Below are positions 8,773-18,031 of a stretch of DNA of 50,669 nt, in pieces (positions within the stretch are counted from its first letter, which is position 1; each line of letters opens with the position of its first letter). The stretch is from contig JBJLIA010000039.1 of assembly GCA_045564035.1 (NCBI GenBank), positions 1 to 50,669 on the forward strand. Direction: 5' to 3'. The position numbers were made by a program, and so were the translations under genes. A model generated the notes under the pieces. That model was not told where the DNA came from, ran no database searches, and saw only the letters and a program-made list of their open reading frames with translations. Source of the stretch: Gammaproteobacteria bacterium (GTDB lineage Bacteria > Pseudomonadota > Gammaproteobacteria > Magnimaribacterales > D2472).

Positions 8773-10584
8773 CTATAAATTTTCTAGCCATATTGGTGAG
8801 GTCCATGCCCTTTCTTGAATGAACTTTGGAATATTCAGATCATTTTCGTTTTCACAATATTTTGGGTTTTTAACACATAGATTGTGAGACCAGCGACAAG
8901 TTTTATTAGCAATAACTCTCACATAATAATAAGCTTCATCGCCCTGATTAAAATTGGGATCCTCCCAAACCATGCACATAGATCGAGGTCCTTTACCCTC
9001 AACTTTACAAGAATTTAAATCGAGCTCACTGGACTCAGAAGACTGAATATCATGAACAGAAGTTTCTACGATTCCATCTCGAACAACCCCTTTGATCACT
9101 TGAAGCTTTTCAATAAATTGATCTTCTAAAGACTGATCTGCACTGGCAGAAACAAAGACTCTAGCCTGAGATATATTTTTTGAATCTAGGGTACCACCCA
9201 TAGGCACAGCATTTTCGTAGGAATACGGTATTGCATTTGTATTATTGCAAAGATCTAAGCTTAGATTTTCTCCCATAAAGAATCTCACCAAAAAACGCGG
9301 ACCCGAGGTTCCGTATACCTCTTTTCGTTTTAGAGCATTAAATATTGAAGTTCTACTATTTTCCTCAGCCCAGACAACTGCTAATCCACCAGGATTAAAT
9401 TCAACATCATCTGGCAAACCCTCTGGGATGTTATCTCTATAGGATTTACCTGCGCCGCCACCGCCAAGAAAATTATCCTCATCAACAGATCCTGGAGTTC
9501 CAAAGTGAGTATCGGTGCTTCCAATAATACCCAGCTTAAAAGGATTAATATTTTGTTGTGAATGAATAAGCAATCCTTTGTTTAATGTCTCTCTTACAAA
9601 GCTTGATTTTGGAGGTTGGGATAAATTATTCTGAAATTTTGACCTAAAATCTTTATAGGGTAGCTGCTCAAAATTACACAAGGGGTCCGAAGAAGCAATA
9701 GCACATTCCGAGCTGCCCTTATGCTGGAAAATTTCTACCAATGGTTCTTTAATATTTTGAAGATATATTTCATCTTGATTTGGCGTGTCAAACATATACC
9801 CATTGCTTAAATTAGAATTATGAGGAATCACCATATAATTACAGTCATCTTTACATTCTTGATCAAGTTGTTTCCATAACTCTGCTCTGTTCGAGGCTTC
9901 ATAAAAACTTATAGGCTGATGCGGAACATTTGCACTATCAAAAATTACATTTCTATGCAGGTTGCTTCCAGAATATACTGCACCGGTCCACTCATACCCA
10001 ATAAAAGATGAAAAGGTGCAAGCTTCAGATCTATCATAATGATCTTCAGCAGCTTGTATGATTTCCTGCCAAGGTTTTTGAGCTGCGTCTAGGCATATTG
10101 CTCTGGATTCACCACACATAGCCATGGGGCTACCCATACTAGCTTTTGCATTCATGTAGAAATAAGAAAGCTTTGGTAAATTTCTGTATGCCATACACTG
10201 AAGACTAGAATATTTTTTACTCTTAGGGTCTAAACAAATTCTTACCTCGCCCAGTAGCTCTGCGTGGTCGGTTACCGCCGCAAAATCGAGAGGCTGCTTT
10301 AATTTTGAAGTTCTTGAGCTCGTTCCGTCCTCATTATATGGCTGAAGATATAAAGATTGGCCTTTGGCATACCTATAGGCATCATCTGGGGTATTCAAGG
10401 TTCCCTGAGTATTCGCATCTAACGATAAGGCAGTGTGGACATGTAAATCCCCAAACAAAGGAATTTTTTCTTTTACATAGATTGAGCAAGGAAGTCTATC
10501 TTCATTGGTATAGGTTTGTAATTCTGAACTTTGCAAACTATAAAAATGAAGCAAAGCAATAACAAAAAATGTATTTCTCATCAT
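8773..10584 (-). CDS. DUF3604 domain protein (PHP-like metallohydrolase, exported)
   Basis: FGDLHVHT, AVTDHAE, GYEWT, HRNV, IPHNSN, GSTDTH, ERAWTSPIW; start moved to ATG 10584 because the ORF-track start lies inside a terminator. Confidence 0.85.
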   Translation of the reverse strand: MMRNTFFVIALLHFYSLQSSELQTYTNEDRLPCSIYVKEKIPLFGDLHVHTALSLDANTQGTLNTPDDAYRYAKGQSLYLQPYNEDGTSSRTSKLKQPLDFAAVTDHAELLGEVRICLDPKSKKYSSLQCMAYRNLPKLSYFYMNAKASMGSPMAMCGESRAICLDAAQKPWQEIIQAAEDHYDRSEACTFSSFIGYEWTGAVYSGSNLHRNVIFDSANVPHQPISFYEASNRAELWKQLDQECKDDCNYMVIPHNSNLSNGYMFDTPNQDEIYLQNIKEPLVEIFQHKGSSECAIASSDPLCNFEQLPYKDFRSKFQNNLSQPPKSSFVRETLNKGLLIHSQQNINPFKLGIIGSTDTHFGTPGSVDEDNFLGGGGAGKSYRDNIPEGLPDDVEFNPGGLAVVWAEENSRTSIFNALKRKEVYGTSGPRFLVRFFMGENLSLDLCNNTNAIPYSYENAVPMGGTLDSKNISQARVFVSASADQSLEDQFIEKLQVIKGVVRDGIVETSVHDIQSSESSELDLNSCKVEGKGPRSMCMVWEDPNFNQGDEAYYYVRVIANKTCRWSHNLCVKNPKYCENENDLNIPKFIQERAWTSPIWLENL

Positions 10585-10597
10585 AAATAACTTAGAC

Positions 10598-10629
10598 AAA
10601 AAAAACGGCAACCCAAGGCTGCCGTTTTT
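10598..10629 (-). terminator. Rho-independent terminator after the TonB-dependent receptor
   Basis: Minus strand AAAAACGGCAGCC-TTG-GGTTGCCGTTTTTTTT hairpin followed by a U tract. Confidence 0.85.
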
Positions 10630-10647
10630 ATTTATATTAATAATTAA

Positions 10648-13131
10648 TTAAAAATTGTATACAAGGTTTACTCCAACCTGTCTTCCCGGATTCGCATTTG
10701 CTGGATAGAATTCAGAAGCTTGACTGTCGCCACCAACGATAGAGTAATCAGAAAAATATGATTGTATGTGAGTCAAGTCCACATCATCGGTTATATTTTT
10801 CACAAATAAACTAGCATCCCATTTTTCATCTGTTGATCTCCAACCTACAAAAATGTTAGCTAGATATAAAGCCTTGATTTTTAAATCAGGATTAACAGTA
10901 GATGATCTTTCGTCTCTCCAGCTAACATTGTATCTTGTATATCGCTCACCGCCCCAGTAAGCAGCAGTGTTGTGCTCAAGATAAAATGATAATGAGCTCT
11001 CAGCTGCATCATTGAGTGGCGTACCACTTACGTCTCTTGTTGCTGCAACCATGCCAGTGTAGCTAGGATCATTGGCATAACCTAATGATCCTGCATCAAA
11101 TTCACTTGAAACAGAAGTAAAGCTTCCACCCAAAGTTAGGTTTTCTCTAACAATATAAGCCCAATCCAGGTCCAGACCTGATAAAGATGCATCATTGTTA
11201 TTAAAGACTCCACCTTGAATTTGTATTAATGAACTTGGGCCCGCAGCGGTAAATGATCTAGCTGTTACATCATCCCACTTGGCCTGAAAACCATCAAAGG
11301 TATAATCGAAATATGAAGCATTCAATCTTAGTCTTCCATCTAAGAACTCACCCTTCATACCAATCTCTATCATGTCATTTTCCTCATCCCCAAATGGAAT
11401 CAAGGCAGGATTGACTGGTTGGGTCAGAATTGAAATAGAACCTCTTCTAAAACCACGCTCTGTTGCAAAGTACAAAAGGACATCATCATTTAAATAATGA
11501 CCAATTTTAAAGCTTCCAGTTGTTGAATCAGCAGAACCATTCTGATTTTCAGGAGCTATAAAAGGAATGGTCAACCCTCCACCATCTGCAGCAGACACAG
11601 CACCTGTTAATGGCAAGAACATATCAGTTGCACTGAAATTATTAATTTCTTGATCTCTGATACCAAATTGAATAAATGTTTTCTCAGATAGGTTGTATTT
11701 GAAATTTGCAAATATTGCCTCAACTTTAGCATCCACCGGAATCATCATGCAGGTTAAAACATTAACTCTTGCAGCAAAAATTGCTGGGTTTGCCTTAGCT
11801 GCGTTACAAGCATTAGAAGGCGTTTTATAGTCGAATCCAACTAATGGCTTCATTAATGTTGGGAAGACTTCAGTTGCAGTATATGAACGATCTATGTCAT
11901 ATGTTGTGAATGTTTGAGAATCTCGAGAAAAGAATCCAAGCGTATATTCAAACTTATCATTATCCTGATTAGAAATTCTTCCTTCAATGGTTTCAATTCC
12001 AGTATTAGTTCTCACTTCTTGCGGATAACCATAGGCAAATGCACCAGCATAGTCTCTATCAAGCATGGCCATAGTATCACTCTCGGATTTTGAATATCTC
12101 AAAGCTAAAGCATGGCTTCCCATATCGTAATCAATCATAAGATTATGAAAGAAGGCTGAATTATTTTGTCGAGGATCTTGAAAATGTACTGCGGTTCTAT
12201 CCTCAACCTTAAATCCACCTGCTGGCATATCGTTGAAAGAGGGTCTTCTTAGCGTAGCTAGTTGAGCTGCTGAACCTGGAGGAGCAAGCCCAAACTGTTC
12301 AGCCATCGCAATGCCTTGCAAGTAACCATTGACTCTTTGAGCAAATGTTACTGGCCCTTCAGTACCAGCTACAGCCTGAGGATAAATTACATCAGTTTCG
12401 CTATTTTGGTACTTATATCTTACAGATAATTCATCAGAGGGCTGCCAAGACATACTTACTCTGATGGAGTCAAAAGAATGGCTTTCGTCAACACTAGTTC
12501 TGATATTCTTTACCTCTGTACCATTGCTATCATTAGTAACACCAGCAATTCTAAAAGCTAATGTGTCGGAAAGATGTAAATCGGTGGCAAATTCAAGCAT
12601 TGAGGTCATATTGTCTGCAAAGGTAGTTTTTACATAACCATTTCTCTCGCCACTGCCAAGCTGCGCAGATCTTGTATAGATGTGTAAAGCTCCACCTGAA
12701 CCAACAACCCCTTGAAGAGTTCCCTGAGAGCCTTTTAAAATCTCAACTCTCTGAGTGTCGTACATCTGATGAAACATTTCACCTGTTCTTAGAGGCATTT
12801 CATCCATATAGCCCTGAATTGGTTGATCATTTCCACCATCTGGATCAAGTTTTTGACCTCTCATTATGATAGTTTGTCTTCTTGGATCAATTTGAGTGAA
12901 CTCAACACCTGAAACAAGTTGAGCTAATTCACTCAAGTCTCTTATCTGATAATCATCAAGAGCTGAACCAGAAACAGCATTCACTGTTTGAGCTATATCT
13001 TGAACGTTCTCTTCTTTTTTAGTAGCTGTAACAACCACTTCCTCAAGAACAAGATTAGATTCTTGCGCAAAAGAAATGCTTGGGACTGCTGTAAAAGCAA
13101 CAATAGTTAATAATGCAAATAATCTCTTCAT
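10648..13131 (-). CDS. TonB-dependent receptor
   Basis: Signal peptide, TonB box LEEVVVTA, plug motif RVEILKGSQGTL, C-terminal YNF. Confidence 0.92.
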   Translation of the reverse strand: MKRLFALLTIVAFTAVPSISFAQESNLVLEEVVVTATKKEENVQDIAQTVNAVSGSALDDYQIRDLSELAQLVSGVEFTQIDPRRQTIIMRGQKLDPDGGNDQPIQGYMDEMPLRTGEMFHQMYDTQRVEILKGSQGTLQGVVGSGGALHIYTRSAQLGSGERNGYVKTTFADNMTSMLEFATDLHLSDTLAFRIAGVTNDSNGTEVKNIRTSVDESHSFDSIRVSMSWQPSDELSVRYKYQNSETDVIYPQAVAGTEGPVTFAQRVNGYLQGIAMAEQFGLAPPGSAAQLATLRRPSFNDMPAGGFKVEDRTAVHFQDPRQNNSAFFHNLMIDYDMGSHALALRYSKSESDTMAMLDRDYAGAFAYGYPQEVRTNTGIETIEGRISNQDNDKFEYTLGFFSRDSQTFTTYDIDRSYTATEVFPTLMKPLVGFDYKTPSNACNAAKANPAIFAARVNVLTCMMIPVDAKVEAIFANFKYNLSEKTFIQFGIRDQEINNFSATDMFLPLTGAVSAADGGGLTIPFIAPENQNGSADSTTGSFKIGHYLNDDVLLYFATERGFRRGSISILTQPVNPALIPFGDEENDMIEIGMKGEFLDGRLRLNASYFDYTFDGFQAKWDDVTARSFTAAGPSSLIQIQGGVFNNNDASLSGLDLDWAYIVRENLTLGGSFTSVSSEFDAGSLGYANDPSYTGMVAATRDVSGTPLNDAAESSLSFYLEHNTAAYWGGERYTRYNVSWRDERSSTVNPDLKIKALYLANIFVGWRSTDEKWDASLFVKNITDDVDLTHIQSYFSDYSIVGGDSQASEFYPANANPGRQVGVNLVYNF

Positions 13132-13224
13132 GGTTTCCCCCCCAATTTGAAGAATGTATATGTGAAAATATACCTTTTTTTTACTGAAATCCCAAACTTT
13201 TTACCTAAATGTAAAAAAGGATAA

Positions 13225-13857
13225 TTATTGAGTGATAGATGTTTGTGAAGTATTTAATTGCAATTGGATGTCTTGAAGCATTTCATTGTTTTGCCTTCTG
13301 TATGCATCAAAGGCTTGAATGTTTTCCTCAAGCAGTAAAATGCTCTTGTTAAGTTCAGCTAGTTTATTTTTGACAGCTGCGCTCTCTTGATTGTTTTGCA
13401 TGAGTTCTTCAACTGTATTGAGTAATTTTTGAGATTGATTTTTTATAGTATTTATATTTTTTTGGTCATTAGTTTGAGTCGTTGCGATCTCTTTAAGAGC
13501 GGTTGATTGCTTGCTAAAATCTTGAGTAAGTTTTGTAATATTCGCTTTGTTGCGTTTGTTGCTTAAATCCCATAACTTCCTAATTTCCTTATCTAGAAAT
13601 TGAAGTTGAGAATTAATATCAGATAGAAACTCGGTAGAGGTTGAATCCGCTAATTGCAGTTGCTCTTCTAATATTGCAAGCCTAGATTCTACTTTTGAAT
13701 TTACATTACTGGAATCTTTAGAAAGCTCACTAACCCATAAAGATAGAGCAAGAATTCCAATCAACAATAATACAAACACCACGCCAAGAAATAGACCACT
13801 TGAACTTTTATTAATGTAAGAGCCTCCATCTTTTGTCGCTGAGATTTTCATGTTCAT
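13225..13857 (-). CDS. Hypothetical single-TM coiled-coil protein
   Basis: One N-terminal TM followed by a long heptad-rich Q/N/K/E region. Confidence 0.65.
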   Translation of the reverse strand: MNMKISATKDGGSYINKSSSGLFLGVVFVLLLIGILALSLWVSELSKDSSNVNSKVESRLAILEEQLQLADSTSTEFLSDINSQLQFLDKEIRKLWDLSNKRNKANITKLTQDFSKQSTALKEIATTQTNDQKNINTIKNQSQKLLNTVEELMQNNQESAAVKNKLAELNKSILLLEENIQAFDAYRRQNNEMLQDIQLQLNTSQTSITQ

Positions 13858-13952
13858 AAGTAAAGAGGTTGTATCTATTAAATTGTATTAAATTCTATGT
13901 TCTAATATGACATTAAATTATAAGCCGTAACTTAAAACAATATTACAACATT

Positions 13953-15074
13953 ATGAATTTAGATTTTTCAGACGACCAAAAATTCTTACAAGATGAAGCC
14001 AAAAAATTCTTTGATAAAGAAGGCGGGCTTGCGAATGCTCGAACAGTAATGGATAACTCCCTAGAGGGTGATAAAGAGCTCTGGCAAAAAATTGTTGAGC
14101 TTGGTTGGACAGGAATAAGAATTCCTGAGGCATATGATGGACTCGGTCTAGGTCATTTAGAGCTTTGTGTAATTGCTGAAGAGCTTGGAAGATCGCTTGC
14201 GCCTGTGCCCTTCTCCTCGTCTGTTTATTTTTTCTCTGAAGCACTTATTAAGTTTGCAAGCGAAGAAATCAAATCTGATGTATTGCCAAAATTGGTTTCT
14301 GGGGAAGTTGTTGGCACCTATGGCATCGCCGAAGATATGCATCAAGCAACAGAGTCTAATCTAGGCGTTTCAGTAGCATCTGACAAAATAAATGGCGTAA
14401 AAATAGCTGTTCCAGATGCTGGAATGGCCTCTCAAATGATATTAGTTGTCAAATCAAATAGTGGTACTGATCTCAGGTTGGTTGATCTGAATGATGCTTC
14501 TGTCTCAGTAACTCAGCAAAAAAATCTCGATACCTCAAAAGCTTTTTTTAAAGTCGAATTTAAAGATACTCCCTCAAAACTCATTGGAACATCGGGTGAG
14601 GGCTGGACCTATATCCAACATCTACTTGATCAAGCGGCTGTTTTATTTGCATTTGAACAAGTTGGAGGATCTCAAGCTGCGCTTGATATGGCTAAGGCAT
14701 ATTCTATGGAAAGATTTGCGTTTGGGAGACAAATCGGATCCTATCAAGCTATAAAACATAAGCTTGCTGATATGTATATTGCAATTACGCTTGCAAAATC
14801 GAATTGTTATTATGGTGCCTGGGCATTATCCTCAGACTCTGCTGAACTTCCCCTTGCCGCAGCAACTGCAAGAGTAAGTGCAACTAAAGCTTTTCAATTA
14901 TGCTCAAAGGAAAATATTCAAACTCATGGTGGTAATGGCTTCACATGGGAGTACGATTGTCATTTATTTTATAAACGATCAAAAGTTCTTTCAGTTTTAC
15001 TTGGTTCTGAGGCATCATGGAAAGAAAAATTAGTTACAAACTTAGAAAAAACAAATACTTTGGTAAAGGAGTAA
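13953..15074 (+). CDS. Acyl-CoA dehydrogenase (short partner subunit of a tandem pair)
   Basis: YDGLGLG, EELGR, RFAFGRQIGSYQAIKHKLADM, IQTHGGNGFTWE. Confidence 0.88.
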   Translation: MNLDFSDDQKFLQDEAKKFFDKEGGLANARTVMDNSLEGDKELWQKIVELGWTGIRIPEAYDGLGLGHLELCVIAEELGRSLAPVPFSSSVYFFSEALIKFASEEIKSDVLPKLVSGEVVGTYGIAEDMHQATESNLGVSVASDKINGVKIAVPDAGMASQMILVVKSNSGTDLRLVDLNDASVSVTQQKNLDTSKAFFKVEFKDTPSKLIGTSGEGWTYIQHLLDQAAVLFAFEQVGGSQAALDMAKAYSMERFAFGRQIGSYQAIKHKLADMYIAITLAKSNCYYGAWALSSDSAELPLAAATARVSATKAFQLCSKENIQTHGGNGFTWEYDCHLFYKRSKVLSVLLGSEASWKEKLVTNLEKTNTLVKE

Positions 15075-15077
15075 ATT

Positions 15078-16310
15078 ATGGATTTTAACGATACACCAGA
15101 ACAAGCTAAATTTAGAGCTCAATGCAGAGAATGGTTAGAAACTAATGCTGAACTCAAAGAAAATAAAAGCAGTGGGCATAGTGATTCATCTTTAGAAAAT
15201 CACCTTAAAATTGCAAAAGCTTGGCAACAAAAAAAATATGAAGCTGGGTGGGCGATGCTCCATTGGCCGAAGGAATACGGAGGCATTGAGGCTTCACCAA
15301 TTGAAAGAATTATATGGGGACAAGAAGAAGCAAAATTTAATGTACCGGGTGGTATTTTTGAAATTGGTCTTGGTATGTGTGGTCCGGTGATGATGCAATA
15401 TGCATCTGAAGAACAGAAAGATAGATACCTCGCACCAATGGCTGAGGGAAAAGAAATCTGGTGTCAGCTATTTTCTGAACCTGCAGCTGGATCTGATGTT
15501 GCTGGCTTAAGAAGCAAGGCTGAAAAGGATGGTGACGACTGGATCATTAATGGTCAAAAAGTTTGGACTTCTGGTGCGCACTACTCTGATTTTGGCATCT
15601 TGGTTGTTCGACATGACCCCGATATAGCAAAACATAAAGGTCTTACATTCTTCTTTGTTGATATGAAATCCCCTGGAATTACTGTGAAACCCATTAAGCA
15701 AATTACAGGTCAAGCAGGAAGCGGCTCGGGGTTTAACGAAGTCTACTTCGATGATGTGCGAATTCCTGATTCACAACGTCTTGGCGAAATTGGTGATGGC
15801 TGGAAAGTTGCTATCACTACCCTCATGAATGAGAGATTGGCTGTTGGCGATGCAAAAGGCTCTGACATTGAAGAAGCATTGATTCTATCCAAAACAAAGG
15901 ATGATGCAGGAGAAGCCATGATTAAAAATGATTCAGTAAGAGAAAGGCTAGCTGACTGGTTTTGCCAAGCCAATGGTCTTAAATATACTAAATTTAGAAC
16001 AATCTCTGCTCTTTCCAAAGGAGAAGCTCCCGGACCTGAAGCATCCATTACAAAAATAGTTAGCGCAAATAAACTGCAAGAAATTGGTAACTTCGGAATT
16101 GATTCGGGAGATATGGCTGGCATGCTCATTGATGAAAATGATGGGGTTAGCTCATTTCAAGGCGCTTGGTTAGGCGCTCCTGGTTTAAGAATTGCCGGTG
16201 GAACAGATGAGATTCTAAGGAATGTTATAGCTGAAAGAGTTCTTGGCTTGCCCCAAGATCCAAGGGCTGATAAAGGTTTGGCCTTTAAAGATATACCGAC
16301 TAAGGCCTAA
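15078..16310 (+). CDS. Acyl-CoA dehydrogenase
   Basis: WCQLFSEPAAGSD, INGQKVWTS, FNEVYFDDV, LMNER, IAGGTDEILRN. Confidence 0.9.
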   Translation: MDFNDTPEQAKFRAQCREWLETNAELKENKSSGHSDSSLENHLKIAKAWQQKKYEAGWAMLHWPKEYGGIEASPIERIIWGQEEAKFNVPGGIFEIGLGMCGPVMMQYASEEQKDRYLAPMAEGKEIWCQLFSEPAAGSDVAGLRSKAEKDGDDWIINGQKVWTSGAHYSDFGILVVRHDPDIAKHKGLTFFFVDMKSPGITVKPIKQITGQAGSGSGFNEVYFDDVRIPDSQRLGEIGDGWKVAITTLMNERLAVGDAKGSDIEEALILSKTKDDAGEAMIKNDSVRERLADWFCQANGLKYTKFRTISALSKGEAPGPEASITKIVSANKLQEIGNFGIDSGDMAGMLIDENDGVSSFQGAWLGAPGLRIAGGTDEILRNVIAERVLGLPQDPRADKGLAFKDIPTKA

Positions 16311-18018
16311 AGGCTGTTAGTAACTTCAGGAACTGCACATCCTTATCTACAGTTAGATTACCGTTAGCAATTTCTAGAATTGGATTTTTGATTCCTGCCA
16401 AAACTTGTTTTAAAATTTGCTCGTCAGTTTTAATATTCAACATGCAATCAATTGGCAAAACATCTTTAATTTGCGCAACCTGATTTCGCAAAATTATAGC
16501 TTTAGTCAAACCAGATGAGAACTCAAAACAAGCAGTGATAATATCATTTGGGTCAACTTTTTCTGGATTTAAATTGACCCTCAAAACATCAAAAAACATA
16601 TCCATCGGAATCTGTTCAAGCATAGAGACTTCAGGCGGAATAATATTCACTGGTTCTTGATTCCCTAAAAGTCTTTGAGCTTCACTTAAAAAATAATTCC
16701 TTTTATTTGGATTAGAGGCCATTGATCCTAGGTAAAAAGCGGCTTCAGCTCGATATTTTGTGACCTCAGCAAGACGATAATCTATAGCCAACAAAAGATC
16801 TGACACCTCCAATGCCCATTGCATCTCCTTGTTAATAATTGCCTTTTTAAGCTCGACAAATAATGCATCGGGGCCACCAACCATATTAGAAACAAGTTTT
16901 GCTCTTTTAAAAGTTGAGGTAGGATCAAGTTCTGAAATGTTTCCAGAGAACCACCCTAAATAACCATTAAAGATACTTTTAACTGACCAGCGAACTGTGC
17001 CATAAAACTCTTGCAGGTATGGAGAAGATGCAACAGCTGAAGGTAATTCTATATTTTCAATAATTTCTTCTGGATGCATGCCTTGATTCATAAGTCTGAT
17101 TGTTTGATCATGAATAAACTGGATGCCATCTCGATAAATCGTTAATGTCTCAAGGACTGAGTCACCTGAAAAAGGCAATGTATGGCTTGGAAAAATATGC
17201 TCCGGCTCAAGAGCTATCATCATATCAAGGCTGTTTACCCATGCATTTACATCTCTATGAGAGGTCCCCCTAATAGTATAAAGGTTTGGAAAAGTTTTAT
17301 AAATATTGTCTCCTGGAAACAGCGCTTGATAGTCTGGTAACCAAACAAAAATTTGATCATCTGTTTCTCCAGGTGCATGAAAGAATTCAAATGCAATTCC
17401 TGCAATGTTTAATTTTAATTCATCATCAAAAGTTACATTTGGCTTGATGTATCCTGGTGCACTTCGACCTACACTTAAGTATGGCCCAATACCAACATTA
17501 ACAACCTCACCCTCAGGAAGAGTAGTTCCAAACATTTTAGATGAGCGTGACGAAATAATAGGATTCAAAATCCCAAAGATTTTTTCAACAGATTTTGCAG
17601 TCGATTCATGAGCTATGATAAGAGGAGTCTCGTCTTGCTGGTCAACAAAATATTTTGCTCCTAAAGTATGGTCTCCATGATTGTGAGTATAAATAATTGC
17701 AGCTATTGGATTGCTATTAATTGCATTGAACTCTGCATAGACTTTCTCAGCTTGAAAGACACTATCGGTAGCATCAATGATGATGTTTAATCCACTCCCC
17801 TCAATTAGATAAGAGTTAGCAATGCCATAGCCTACAGCAGCATGGATGCCATTCTCGTAAGAATATACTTTCTGAATAAACTCTTCAGAATGCTGAAAAA
17901 GCTTTTCTACCTCTGTGGTTGTCTTGAGCTCAGGCATCAATGCTTGATCAGTTTTAGAGCAACTAAATGAAAGAATGCATATAATAGTGATCTGTAAAAA
18001 AGTACTAATATTTTTCAT
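16300..18018 (-). CDS. Alkyl/aryl sulfatase (SdsA1/BDS1-like, MBL fold with SCP2-like C-terminus)
   Basis: THNHGDH, PGETDD, FPNLYTIRG, EFYGTV, GYLGWF; lipoprotein-like signal. Confidence 0.88.
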   Translation of the reverse strand: MKNISTFLQITIICILSFSCSKTDQALMPELKTTTEVEKLFQHSEEFIQKVYSYENGIHAAVGYGIANSYLIEGSGLNIIIDATDSVFQAEKVYAEFNAINSNPIAAIIYTHNHGDHTLGAKYFVDQQDETPLIIAHESTAKSVEKIFGILNPIISSRSSKMFGTTLPEGEVVNVGIGPYLSVGRSAPGYIKPNVTFDDELKLNIAGIAFEFFHAPGETDDQIFVWLPDYQALFPGDNIYKTFPNLYTIRGTSHRDVNAWVNSLDMMIALEPEHIFPSHTLPFSGDSVLETLTIYRDGIQFIHDQTIRLMNQGMHPEEIIENIELPSAVASSPYLQEFYGTVRWSVKSIFNGYLGWFSGNISELDPTSTFKRAKLVSNMVGGPDALFVELKKAIINKEMQWALEVSDLLLAIDYRLAEVTKYRAEAAFYLGSMASNPNKRNYFLSEAQRLLGNQEPVNIIPPEVSMLEQIPMDMFFDVLRVNLNPEKVDPNDIITACFEFSSGLTKAIILRNQVAQIKDVLPIDCMLNIKTDEQILKQVLAGIKNPILEIANGNLTVDKDVQFLKLLTAFRP

Positions 18019-18031
18019 AAGCTGCTCCTAA

